Under the pieces are notes generated by a model. It made no database searches. It saw only the letters and a list, made by a program, of their open reading frames with translations, and had not been told where the DNA came from. Source: Mitosporidium daphniae (Eukaryota). From it: 58,243 bases of DNA. Each line of letters starts with the position of its first letter. Position 1 is the stretch's first letter. This document shows positions 45,978-58,243 of the stretch, one piece after another. The stretch covers positions 1-58,243 of the forward strand of contig NW_013546611.1 of NCBI RefSeq assembly GCF_000760515.2, read 5' to 3'. A program made the translations under genes and the position numbers.

Positions 45978-48763
45978 TTAATTGTAATTTTCAAACATAG
46001 TCATCTCCAGCTTGGTTTGCAAAAACACCAAATATTTTTTTAGTGAATTCTCATCCAGAGAGGTGGATTCAAGTATGTTCAGCAGGGCCTTTGCCTGCTA
46101 ATGCACATTTATCATACAAAGGCATACCATTTTTTGTGCCTTTTCGTTTTGCAGGTGCTTGATCCTGCCATCTGCCTTTTGTTTTGTGCTATTGACGCTC
46201 GCTCTTATCGTGGAAGATATGTCGTACGCTGTAGATATGATTGCCTGATTGGAGATGTAGTTTCTTGCAATTTTTAGCCCTTCAATGATTATGACAGCCA
46301 CGGCATACCGTATTGATGGTCATTTTTGTAGCCGCTAATTAGTTTATACGAATGAATTATCTGGTCCGTGGCTAGTTGGGATAGCTGCGAAATAAAGAGC
46401 CTGCTCACTTACACTTGATTGCATATGAAAACAGGCGACATTGGGATGGTACGACAGGGCTCTGATGATCTCGGGAAACGAGCTGATGGTAAATGTCGTG
46501 GCCTAAACGTACAAGGAGATGATGTGGACTACCTCTGTGTTTGCCAAGTGCTCAAAGATGGTGAATAAAAGTGCAATGCCTTCGTTTGGTGCAGTACTTT
46601 GGCAGATTTCGTCAATCAAGATCAGGGAAGAATTAGGGGCATCTTCAAAGGCCTCCAGTGAATAAAAAGTTCTTTCCACAAAAACAAGCTCATTAAACAG
46701 CGAAGACGAATTGTTGATCGAGGAAATAAGGTTTGGCATCACCGTTTGAATATTTGTGATTATCTTTAACGAGCAGTACTGTGCTGGAACAAAGATCCCA
46801 ATTTGTGCCATAATTTGGAAGCATAAAATTTGCTGCAAAATGCTGGACTTGCCGCTCTACCATTAAAGCGATCACGGGGGGAAACACGGTACTTGGTTGA
46901 GACCGGAAATCAATATCAGATTTACCCCATTTCCAGAATACACCGAGTTTTCTATGACCGACCCAGAAAATTGGTCCGAGCTTTTCCCAAGAAGAATGGG
47001 ATTTCGGCCTCGTTTAATGGCCATCACGTTAGAAAATACAGGCTTCACTGACGAATTATGCAATGCAAACCACGCACCGGTGTCATTCAGCAGCGAATAC
47101 GTGGCGTTTGAAAAGAGCACATCCAAAAGAGAAATGCCCTCCATGATATTATGAAACAAATAGAGCTTTGTCTGTAAACTATTGCACAGGCCCACCAGGA
47201 GTCTATACATCAGGGAACGTACAACTTGTGCGATAGCAATAGGATTTCCGACTTTGCCTCGCTTAATCTCCCGTTAAGTTTGACCTATGGCCGTTAGCGA
47301 AACACGCAAACAAGGTCAAGGGTAGCATAAAGAAACTTTTCGTTTTCCTCCTTGACAAGTATGAATTGGGGAGGAGGACAAGCGGAACGAGCGGCGTTAT
47401 CAATGTTTTCGTCCTTTGAGTATGAAAATAGAAACCCGTATTTTTTTGACGAAACCAAGTTGATGTCCGGATATTGCTCTACTCAAAAGCAATGCAACAA
47501 AATACTTGCAACAAAAAAATAGTATTCCAAAATATCGTCACACAGTTCAAGATAAATTCTCCTTGCTAAAATGGCGATAATCATCGTAACGATACCAATT
47601 GACAACAGGGTATTGTGTTGCGACCTGACCTGAAAAAGCTTATAGTGCAATCTTTTCTGGGAGTTGGTCAGTTTTTTGATGTCCACAAAAATCTTGGGCG
47701 CATCAACCTCAATAAATGAGGCCAGTTCTTCTTCCAAACTTTCGAAACTATTCTCAAGTAGGATCTAAAGCAAAAAAAAGCGTTGGAAAACCTTTTTGAC
47801 TGCACCGAATATTGGGGAGCCGAGGCTACTTAATATGCTCAAAATATTCTTTAATTCTCCAAGTGCCGACGTCAGGTCGATCAGCGATTGGATGCTGAAT
47901 TCAATATCAGAAAGCCGCTTGAAGTTAGTAAGAGAAGTGCATCTTCTCAGCACTTCAACGCCAAATTTAGACAGTTTGGCGAGAGAATTTCCCAATCGGT
48001 AATATTGCTCCTGATTGGACACCAGCTCTTCAACGCCATTTAATCTCTGCAGTATTTCCTCTTTGTCTATCAATGGCTGCAAAATGTGCTGTCTAAGCAA
48101 CATTGCTCCCAAGTTTGTTTTTGTATGGTTGAGACGATGGAAAAGCGTGTTTGTTTTGTTCATCGGATCTGAGCTTGTGTCCAACGAATATTTATAAGAG
48201 GTTTTTGCATCAATAAAGAGCCTCTTTTGATGCTGCCAGACGGCAAACGTAATCGGATCGATAAGAAAATTTAAAAAGTGCAGCTGCAAGTACTTAAATA
48301 GTCCTGAAATTGCGGATCTACAATAGCTCTTATCCATCAGATAATTCTTTATGCTTGCAGGCTCAAGAAAATACCGGTCCACAAGCACATGCACTTCTTC
48401 TGCCCGAAATAATTGCCTCGCAGCGGCTTCAATTGAAAACTTTTTGGCAAATAAATCGTGGCAAAGATCTTCTAAAATGGATTTCAATTTGACGCATTGA
48501 TGGTCAGGTATTACGATGATGCCTGGCTCATTTGCAACAATGCAATTCGAAACCAGCGAGTAGTGACTGGTATCTTGGAACTTTGAGGAAAACGAACGTC
48601 AAACCAATACCTCTGCCAGCATTATGCTCTTCGACTTGCTATCAAATATTGAGATTCCAAGCTTTGCTTTTGCGGCTTTCGATTCGAAAATGACGAGTAT
48701 CGTTTTGGATACGCTGGCACCGGAATCCTCATTGTCGTCCACTGCATCGTCCAAATATTCCAT
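45978..48763 (-). CDS. MSH4: MutS homolog 4 (meiotic MutS-gamma subunit), multi-exon, divergent
   Basis: LNHTKTNLGAMLLRQHILQP, ISLLDVLFS, GRNPIL, Walker A GLNQ|SGKS split by an intron, QIMAQIGIFVPAQY, LILIDEICQSTAPNEGIAL. Confidence 0.75.
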
Positions 48764-49145
48764 TGCAAAAAGATTTTGCAAAGCCAATGAAAAGGATCGT
48801 CGTATGTACACTCATGCAATAGCCGAAAACAGAAATCAACGTAAAATATTTACAGCGATGCCCCCCCCCCGCCCAAGACAACTAATTTATCGCTGCTCAA
48901 ATTGGAATCGGATTTTGGCCAATTGTGGTGGAAATTGTGTTGAATTCAAGAAAACGGCGTGGATTTCAGAGTTCCACGGCCACCATTTCACACAGGCAGC
49001 CTCAACGTAACAGTTTATAGGCGAATGAAAAAGATGCGCCGCTGATGTGAAAATGTCCTCTTTCCGTATCTGTTCCAAGCAATATGTTGCCCTTTAAAAC
49101 CTGCCTCTCGACACTTTTATTTCATACACATATTTAGATGGTGCG

Positions 49146-50992
49146 TCAATGGTGGCGTTTTTTTACATACTGTCTTCTAATATCACTTAAATACGCACCC
49201 TTCAGATCTAGTGACTTTGAATCTCCTGGGTCAAGCCAGAATTTTAAACTATTTGAACGCGAGGATTTCGTATGCATTGACGCAAAAATTGAGCCAAAGA
49301 TATCAAATCCGGTTGGGTTTTTACAAGATGAGGCACCGCCATGCAGCTGCCCGACAATCAATCCATCCTCGTTGAAAAGCGGAGCGCCAGAGGAGCCAGG
49401 CTCGGTAACGCCTTTACTCCATCTGCTGACCTTCCAGTGGTAGTTTAGTGGACATTCGTTCCAGCAACTCAAATAAATTTTATCAGGTTGACCGGAATCA
49501 GGTGTCACTATGGAGATTTTTTTCACATCTCCGGAAGGATGGTGGATACAAGCGGCGGATTTGGGAGCGATTTGAGAGGCCGACCATCCTGCCAGGAACA
49601 CGCGATATTTTGAGGGGATGCGCTCTTGAACCTCGAAAAGTGCAAAATCGGACTCTTTGGAACGAGCTAATGGGGGTCAAAATGTAGCCACTTACCTAGC
49701 AGCTTTAGCCCTTGTACGGTCTGCGTTAGGGGCCAATCCCTTGGCGTGTTCACACACACTTTGGATTGGTAGTTAAACCCAAGAATATTGTAGCGAAAGT
49801 CCGAATTAAACTCGTTCACACAATGGTCTGCGGTCAGAAAAAGCTGCCGACCATCGAGATTCCGATTGTTGATCATGGATCCACTGCAAAATTTCTGCCC
49901 ATTTGAGGTCATCACGATGGCTACCGACTTTGCTTGGTCAAGAAGCTTGCTGCACTCTGAGCAAGCTGGAGCATTAACGTTACAAATGCCTGCCCTTGTG
50001 CCGTTTAAATTATCGGCTAGCTGCTCTTGAAATGATTCGTTATTTTCTTCATTAGAAAATTGGGAAGAAATGGCCTCGCATTGGGCCTCGAATTCTGGCC
50101 GATCGTCCAAATAGGTGGAAATTGAGCGAAATCCATGCACGACGGAGAAAATGTGCAAAATTGGGTCTTCCTTGACAAACTCTGGAGAATAATACTCGAT
50201 GAGCAAGAAGGATCCCGGAAGCGGAGTGGTGGCGAATTTCATGTGTTCCTTGTTGTTTACAGCGGCCGTGTATGCACCCAGCATTGCGGTTTTTCCGTGG
50301 ATGTAAAGCTCGCTTCCCTCTGGAAGCCAGAAACGGTCAAAAAGAAGATTCAGCGAAAGCGCCGTTGGCGACTTGATACCGAGCTTGAGAATGCGCCCCA
50401 GCCCATTCTTCAATGTGTACCACGTGCCTTTTGCAACAATGTCAATGTCCACCGTGATGCCTCTTCCAAAGGCAAACGAGCCGGAGTGGATGGCCAATTG
50501 TCCCATCAATGCAGCATTAAGAGTTCCCGCTGATGCGTCTGCGTCTTCGGGACGTTTCTCGCCCTCATTGAACATGCTGGTGATGTTTTTTACCAAAGCA
50601 TCCTCAGGCATTTCTGGCGGCTTGAACGCGCCATATGCATTCGCAAGCTCTACATCGTCGTTGCGAGATTCATTATTTGGCAAATATTTATCTTCTTGAT
50701 CTCCAGAATGTTGCCCTTCATTTTCGCCATTAGGAGGATGATAATTGATGGGATCAAAGCCGGCATAAAAAAATTTGCTTCGGCTGTTTTCCTGCAGAAG
50801 AGTCTGCAACATCAACGCGCAATTATCAAGCTTTGGAAGCTGAATAATCGAAAGTAGTTGATTATCGATGTCTACGTGCTGCGAATCCCTTAGCGATTTT
50901 TTTAGAACTTGTAGCCTTCCCGGCCGCTGCGCTTGTCCATTTGCAATCGATGCTGCGACAAAGAAAAGCAAAACGTACGAAAGAAGAAGCAT
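49146..50992 (-). CDS. Secreted trypsin-like serine protease, lysyl endopeptidase (Achromobacter protease I/S1D-like), intron 49667-49695
   Basis: Signal peptide and long propeptide, then FCSGSMINN, FLTADHC (His), SDFALF (Asp, after splicing), IHHPSGDVKKIS, GVTEPGSSGAPLF (Ser), VGQLHGG. Confidence 0.88.
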
Positions 50993-51155
50993 CCGGAAAT
51001 GCTATATGGCGCATCTGAAGACCTTATATTAATGGTTTTTTTTTTGTTGTTAAAATCATAATTTGCGATCACGTAAATATTATTGACATTGATGATTTTC
51101 ATGTTGTGTGGAACAGAAAATAAATTCCCAGATTTGCAATTCACCAGAGAGGTCT

Positions 51156-52107
51156 TTATTTTGGCTGGGATAATATAAATTCAATTGCTGCCTCCACGTG
51201 ACCACCGGTAGCCAAAAGTGCTCGTATATTCATTGATGCATCGTGGAATCCCATATCAGCAAGCTGGGCGAGCTGCACTTGGAATCGCTCTTCGGGAGGA
51301 GGAAGTGCCGGCGAAGAGAGCATTGGGGCGGCGAACGCCGGGCTCCCGGCGCTTTGGGCAGTGGATGGGACACCACCTATGTCATCATAAAATCGCATCA
51401 ATACGGCTACCAGCGGGGTTCGAAAATGCTGACATCATTTGCTGCATCAGGGCCGGGTCGCTAAAGGCTTGCATTGCTGCCTGCATGGCCGCTGGGTTTT
51501 GTAAAAACGCGTTATTTCCTAAACATGATGATGATGATCAGGGGAATACACCATCTTACCCGGTTGTTGGCCTCGCATTGCCATGTTCAGGAGATCCGGG
51601 TTAGATGCAAGTAGCTGGGTTGTTTGGCGCAGAAGCTCTGGATTGGATAGCATTGCTTGCATTATTGCAGGATTCAACGAAGAGGCTGCAGATGAAAAGT
51701 CTCCTGCTCCGCCCATAAATTCGGATCCAAACATTCCAGGAAAGGATGGGGCTCCAGGATTTGGAGCTACTACGTAACAATTACTACCATAAAAGGTTAC
51801 CGGAAGGCTCACTTGCCAAAGAAGTTGGTTGTGAGGAAGCTGGAATCTGCGCAGCTGTTTGAGACGACGTAGAAGCACCTGATGTAGGGATACTTTTTAC
51901 AAGGTGAATGGTGGCATCCTCGGCTACGCCAATCGAACCAAGAGTGTCTGAATCTTTCAATACTCTTCCGGAGAATATAAGACGCTGAGAGGAAGCGGGG
52001 ATCTTCATTTGCTCGTCAATCTTGGCTTTGAGCTCGCAAACACTGGTCGACGCTTCGACTACAAATGCTCGTTTAGCTTCAGAGGAAGACTTTATGAAGA
52101 TTTGCAT
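51156..52107 (-). CDS. DSK2: Ubiquilin/Dsk2 (UBL-STI1-UBA), multi-exon
   Basis: QRLIFSGRVLKD..TIHLVKS UBL domain; C-terminal PPEERFQVQLAQLADMGF..NIRALLATGGHVEAAIE UBA domain. Confidence 0.92.
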
Positions 52108-52169
52108 ATTAGCAATTAAAATTAAAATTTATCTTTGGGGTTTATATTTTTTCCATACATTTATTAAAA

Positions 52170-53979
52170 ATGCCGCCTCGTCATCAGGACGAGCGAGTGG
52201 TTTCCCTCGATGACGAGCTAATTTCCATGATGGAATCGGAGGCTCCCCAACTCGAAAAAAAACGGGTTCAGCAAAAAAGACCAAACAAAAAAAGCAAAGT
52301 CGTCAACAAACCAGACGAAATTAAGATTCCTCTGCATCCAAAGCAAGTCCCAGAAAACCTGCCTGAACAATGGACATGTTACAATCTCAATCGTGCCTTG
52401 TTATTGTCTTTAGAGGCCCTTGGTCTTGGCTTTCCAACTCAAATCCAAAAGCTTGTTCTGACGGAAAGTTCCCGATGCCAAGTTGGCACTCTTCCGGACG
52501 TAATCGCTTCGGCGCCTACTGGCTCCGGAAAAACTCTTGCTTTTCTTTTGCCATTACTGAATGCTATTTTATCTCCCATTGGGTCGCGATCTTCGCAAAC
52601 GTCGCCTTCTGAATTGTACATGTCTACCTGTGCTTCAGATTTGGAGGGCTCTGAAGGGCCTAACTCTGGCCTCTTGAAAAACAATGTAGAGCCCATCTCT
52701 GCATTAATCTTGGTACCAACAAGAGAGCTTGCATTTCAAATACATTCCGTTGCATTGGACTTGGTTAAGGGCTCAAATATCAGGGTACCAATTTCTTGTC
52801 GTTCATATTCATCATTAGGTAGCCCTTCTGACGGGCGGGATTTCCGTTCAAAAGCAACATCGAATTTTATCTAAAAAAGTAGATGTGCTTATTTCTACCT
52901 CCGGTCGCCTTTGGAGTCACGCTAATGATGAAGAGCACGTCTCTCTTAAAATAAAAGAGCGACTTTCGGCGCTATCGTTTCTTGTCATTGATGAGATTGA
53001 TCGGATGACTGAGGGTTGCGGTCGGTTTAAAGAATTGGAGTCAATTTTAGCACTTCTTAACCCTATTGCAACGATGGTTTTCTCCGCAACTTTCGATAAC
53101 TTGAAAAGTTCCGCCTTGTTTAGCAAAATCCCCTTTCCCTCAAAGGCACCGCTTTTTTTGTCCACATCCACCGCGGAGATGAAAAAAACCCCGCTCTCCG
53201 GTCTAGCTTCCAATGTTTCGGTGCTCAAGCTTCGATGCTGTATCCGCGATAAAGACGCCTGTCTGGTTGCCCTGCTAGAGAAGCCACCTGTTGTCCCAAC
53301 AATTGTGTTTGTCAATTCAATTGCAATGATAAGGCGTTTATGCTCACTTTTGCGCCTTTTGGGGATCAATGCATTGCCGCTACATAGCCAAATGCCTCAA
53401 AGGCAACGTTTGAAAAACATCGATCGCATCAAGTCCGCACTCAATGCCGACAAAAGCCCAATCCTGCTTGCAACGGATGCTGTTGGTCGAGGCATTGACA
53501 TTCCTCATGTTTCGAGAATTATCCATTTCCAGGTCCCTCCAACCCTTAGCCAATTTATCCATCGGAGCGGTCGAACAGGAAGAGCTGATGCATGTGGTGT
53601 ATCCTACCTCTTGATTGCACCAGATGATCATCAAGCATCGGCATCTCTTTTGAAGGCTGCAAAAGCCCTCATTAAAGAGGATCCGCAGTTAGAAAATCTT
53701 TTATGGGATCCAAATGTTTTATCCAAAATCAAGGAGCGTCTTGAAATTGCTACACTCGTTGATTCTTTTGAACATAAAAACAGGAAAGTCCAATCCGATA
53801 AGACATCAGCCTTATTCCTTGATGAAGACGAGTCTTCAGTACAGCATAGCGCGAACAAGAGACAAAATCTTCAAGGAGCCATGCCGTATGATGAAGATGC
53901 TGTCGTTGAGCAGCAGATCGCCTTGTCGAAATTGTCGAAAATGAAAAAATTGCTTGTTAAATTAAATGCTAAACACTAA
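52170..53979 (+). CDS. DEAD-box RNA helicase, Mak5/DDX24-like (intron 52785-52818)
   Basis: Q motif PTQIQ, APTGSGKT, PTRELAFQ, DEID, FSAT, LHSQMPQRQRLKNIDR, RGIDIP, HRSGRTGRA. Confidence 0.82.
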
Positions 53980-54180
53980 CGCGCCATATTTGAAGTATTA
54001 AGATTTCTTTTCACGTGTATAGGAAACTAGATCCCAAAAAAATCCAACCTTAGCCTTATTTGATTTCAAAGCCATCTGTCGCAGGATCGATATGCAATGG
54101 GTATCTTTTTGAAGGTTCTTTGCACATTTATTGGGCAGATTTATTTGTTAAAAATCATTTTCTAAATGGTAAAATTTACA

Positions 54181-56783
54181 CTAAAGGTCTTGATCCATCC
54201 ATAGGGACCTGGTAATAAACAGAGAGTCATATTCCTCCCATTCCCGCCCATTGTTACTTTCAGAATCTGATTCAACATCCGTAATTAAAGAATCAAAGGA
54301 GGCATTCATTTGATCTATGATCGCCGTACGCGTGTTATTAAGTTTGGCCAGCTCGATATCCTTATAAATGATGTAGAACTTTGGGAGAAATAGAGCACAT
54401 AGGGTGACAAGCATAGCCACTAGGTTGCTGATTGTAAGCTCAAAATATCGAGCACGCTCCGAATATTTGTAATCGCCAGACACAGCATAAAGGGGCAGCG
54501 AAATGATAAGAAGAGCCATGTAGGTGTATATCGTGATCGCAATATATATACTCTCGTTAAAGGCCGAGTCTACATTTCTTGTCAAATAAGCTATGACTCC
54601 GAGAGATATCAAAAGTATCCCCATACACACGAAAGATAGAGCGAGACAAACAGTTACAAGGGTATTATCTTTTGCTGAACACACACGGAAAGATATAAGG
54701 GAATCGGTTTTTGAAGTTATTATACGTGAGATGTTTTCGCTCGAAAAGGTAATGATCAAAAGAAAAATCGACAACACAAGGATGAGCGTACCTGAAAAAA
54801 CCAAAAGATCTCTATCCTGGATTACGGGGGTAGATAACCTGGCGTTGGAAAAGATCTTGAAAATCCTGTACGTTTTTGCAAGGATGTTCCCTAAGATGAG
54901 GCCAAAGCCGAGAAGAAAAAACCAAAGCATCATGATGCAAGTAAACCTTGTCGATTGAATACTTCGAAATATATTTCCGCCTAAGCAAAGTATTACGCCA
55001 ATCAAGATTAGGATACAAAACAGCGGAGAAGATTTTTTAATCGGAGGCTTTTCTCTATAATAGCAAATCAAGCCAATAAAGATCAGGCTAATAATGATAA
55101 AAAAGATCGAAATTGAGGTTATAACTATCCCGCCAACGTAATCGAGAGTGATAACTTCTGGAATGATCGCGGACACGGGAATGGCTTTGCCACCGCGAAA
55201 GTTCAAGGCGCTATAATTAATTGTGGCAATTCCGTCTTTATATAGACCTATCTGAGTTTCCTCTGGTAAACCAACAAATTGGAGATAGGATATTGATGGA
55301 TTTACAGGGCTGTTGTTGGGAATCGAAATCGAGCCCAGGGCTCTTTCAATTGTCAACTTTCTGATTTCATCCAAGATGTTTACTCCAGTAATTGCGGAGC
55401 AATCAAATGAAGTCTCAATTCCAGAATCGCAATCACGAATCATACCATCCAATGCAAGAGCAATCGCATAAATAGAGTCAAGAATTAGACTTGATACGGC
55501 CTATTTTGTGGTTAATTAACTGATTTAGCAATCCTACTGATGCTGGGGTTTCAAAAAACGTTTCGTTTCCAATGCAGGCGCATTGGGCAGGAAACACTCT
55601 GCTGGGAGGTGCGTCTAAACATATGGTAATTCCTTTAGTATCGGAAGAGCCTTGAAGCCCAGTATAGATGCATCTAAAGGCTAGTTCAAAATAAGTGGAC
55701 AATAGCTTAGAATATGAAGGCTCCTTAGACAATGTCTCATAACAAGCTTCGATAAATTTAGTTTCAGCAATTTTTGGAGATATGCTAATGGATCCTATAA
55801 TTAATAGCTAAATCTACCAAGCATATAAGATTGTGGAAACGACATCAGCGAGTATGGCAATAGACTGAAAACGTTGACGAAAGATGTCGAAGCCAGCACA
55901 AAAGTCACGTCCCTAAGCGGTGGATATTCGTAAAATAGCTCGAAAACGGTCACCGTTGTCGAGGTAGAGGTAAATAATATAATTATCTTTACATCGGCAG
56001 GAATTGCAAGAAGACATTCGGCAATTCTTTTGATGATTGGCCTCGAGCTATTATAGTCAGAGGGCCTGAAATCCAAGGGCAAAATTTGCGAACAAACAAC
56101 TCTGATGTCGTTGCTTGCAGCCAGCTTGGAAAATATGCCTTTGACCTCATTGCCATACAAATAATCTCCGTAAAGAGCCGAAACTAGGGTCCAATTCATA
56201 GCCTTTAAAAGCTGGACAACAGAGTTTGCAACATCAAATCCATCTGGATTAAATCGAATGTAATTGGGCGAAGTGGTTGCAGAGCTCGGGGAAGTAAAGT
56301 CGATGTACCCAATCTTATAGTTTTGCAAGAACACTAAGCTTAATGCAGATTGGAATGCAGATCCAGTGCCTTAAAATAAACTGTCATTGGATTACCTAAA
56401 ACGAGCGTCACATCCTTCTTTAGAATGTAGGAGATGCATGATGTTATAGCCCCAGTGTCGGAAAAGATGGGATCAATATCTTCATAGATAAGCGTCAAGT
56501 TTGGAATTATGGAAATGTTTCTGTTGATGTAATTGACACCGCAAACGAACGCAATTGTCTCTTGAATGCCTTCTGAAGAAAAGAAATCAGACACATCCAA
56601 GCTTTGCGGGAACATACCCCCAATTTTAAAGATCTTGTCCTTTTTCGCGTTGAAGATTGCAGGTTTTGAGAAATAGGAAGAATCACCATACGAATTTGTG
56701 GCCATCGCTGAAGCTTGCCAAATGTGGCACAGTAAGAGTGCTAACGGCCACAGTGAATGGAGCATAGCTGGTAAAATGACCAT
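54181..56783 (-). CDS. Second class C GPCR: signal peptide, Venus-flytrap domain, 7TM_3 (multi-exon)
   Basis: FKIGGMFP, GVNYINRNISIIPNLTL, MNWTLVSALY; IKKSSPLFC, AKTYRIFKIF, AFNES, LFLPKFY. Confidence 0.85.
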
Positions 56784-56889
56784 ATGATGAAAGAGCAGTT
56801 TTTTAATACGTGTAAACCTTAGCGCGCCAAAACATTTATTAGCCCTACACTTGACACTTTTCTGAGTTGAAACCAAAATTACGGGTCAT

Positions 56890-58243
56890 TTAAATATTAG
56901 CACCCAATTGGGAACTCCAAACGTCTTCCAGGTACCTTTTCTCCCCAATTAACGATTCAAACCTTGCCGTTGCATCCTGCTTTTGCAGTTTAAAATGTGT
57001 TTGCAACATCTGGATCCATGTTTCGGCCACGGCTTTGCTCATTCTTTCAGCATCCCCACTCACCAGAATATGGGCGTTTTTCTCTAGCAAGGGTAACACC
57101 ATTTCCGATTCCTTGAGCAGTCTATCCTGAACATACTCTTTGGGAATTTTTTGAGAAAAACAAGGAAAAAACGACGTTATCGTTCCATTGCAAACATACG
57201 AATTTAAAAGGGACAAATATGGCGCTTCATCCTCTGACCTGCATCCATAAAAAAGCAGCACCTCGCCAACGGCACCACTATTGACCGGCTTTGTTCTTCT
57301 GGCATTCTTTCTAAACTCACGCTCTTTTAAAAATCCAATAAACGGAGCAATCCCAGAACCATTCGCTATAAGTATCAGCGGAGTGGCTTGATCTCTCGGT
57401 GGTTTGAATGAAGACCGATGAATAAAAATGCGAATTCTATCACCGACATGACACTCATTCGCTTTCAATAAAAAAGCTATAAAGAATTACCCAAATAAGA
57501 AGATGTCATCCCGGAGACTTCCTTTCCACAGGCAGCAGTATAGCTCAGATAAGAAAGGAGCAGCTGAATTTCATTGTTTTCGATCTATGCTGGTTAATGG
57601 AGCCAAAAAACCAATGGACATGAGGCAATAGAATAAAACCGGTAGGAAATTTTTTGGAAAACCTCCGGTATGACTTCGATGCTTAATTCAATTGATGGGA
57701 ATTTCTTTATAAGCTCAAGAACGGTCACGCGGCTGGCCTTAATTTGACTCAGATATGTTTCCTGCAAAAAGAAGGGCATAACATACCTTTGACAATGAAA
57801 TTTCCTTCAAGGCTTTTTTTTCCTCGCCATCGCTTGCAAGCTGTGAAAAAATTTTAATTGAATATATGCAAGCAGCTGCAGAGAGGTCAAAATAGGAGGT
57901 AAATAAATTTCTAGGAGTGCCTTTAATGGCCTTATTTCCAGAGGAACACAGAAAGGATAAAACAACAGATTCCGCCGTTTCTTTGAGATTAAATATTGAC
58001 AGAGCCTCTTGTACCTGACTGGGCTTATTTTCAGGAAATATGCCAACATGGTCTCCCGGTCGATAATGTATGTTTGAATCGCCCAATCCTAGCGTCAAAG
58101 AATAATATTTGGATATTTGGGTCTTCTGAAGCAAAGCGGCATTAAATGGGGTTTCTGCAGTGTATTTTTTAGTAGGAGATGATGGCACGGTAGTTTTGAT
58201 GGCCCCACTATGCATGGTAGAAGACGTCATTGTAAAGAAATAA
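56890..58243 (-). CDS. Diflavin NADPH reductase (cytochrome P450 reductase / methionine synthase reductase family), FAD and NADPH domains; 5' part outside the window
   Basis: YRPGDHVGIFPEN, RFYSIAS, ANGSGIAPFIGFL, LFYGCR, YVQDRL, GDAERMSKAV, RYLEDVWS. Confidence 0.85.

Noticed and set aside
1..58243. Stop-codon reassignment or mass pseudogenisation to explain fragmented ORFs
   Set aside because: The breaks checked coincide with short GT-AG introns that restore the frame, all three stop codons end genes, and long single-exon ORFs are intact.

Overview
This is a very gene-dense eukaryotic nuclear window in the standard genetic code, with about 30 genes in 58 kb. Intergenic gaps are 10-500 bp and there are many tiny (about 24-40 nt) GT-AG introns, which break most genes into several ORF-track pieces. 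The gene set is opisthokont/fungal-like: VTC4, Not3/5, Ada2, Set1, Dsk2, Mak5, Vps45, Rqc2, eRF3, three aminoacyl-tRNA synthetases and tRNA-Leu(TAG). Mitochondrial functions are retained (COX6B, m-AAA protease, Gep3/NOA1-like GTPase). This combination suggests a compact early-diverging fungal-grade parasite such as a Rozellomycota or short-branch microsporidian; that assignment is inference only. Manual splicing recovers genes the ORF track misses or fragments: a GATD1/DJ-1-like protein, a caleosin, a PLAC8 protein, RPS26 and COX6B. The most interesting items are two Venus-flytrap class C GPCRs, a secreted bacterial-type lysyl endopeptidase with an intron, an NDP kinase with a signal-peptide-like leader, both MutS-gamma meiotic genes (MSH4 and MSH5) close together, candidate non-AUG mitochondrial presequences on AlaRS and SerRS, and two structured non-coding stretches carrying telomere-template-like (TAACCCTAA) motifs. 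No CRISPR arrays, rRNA genes or transposons were recognised.
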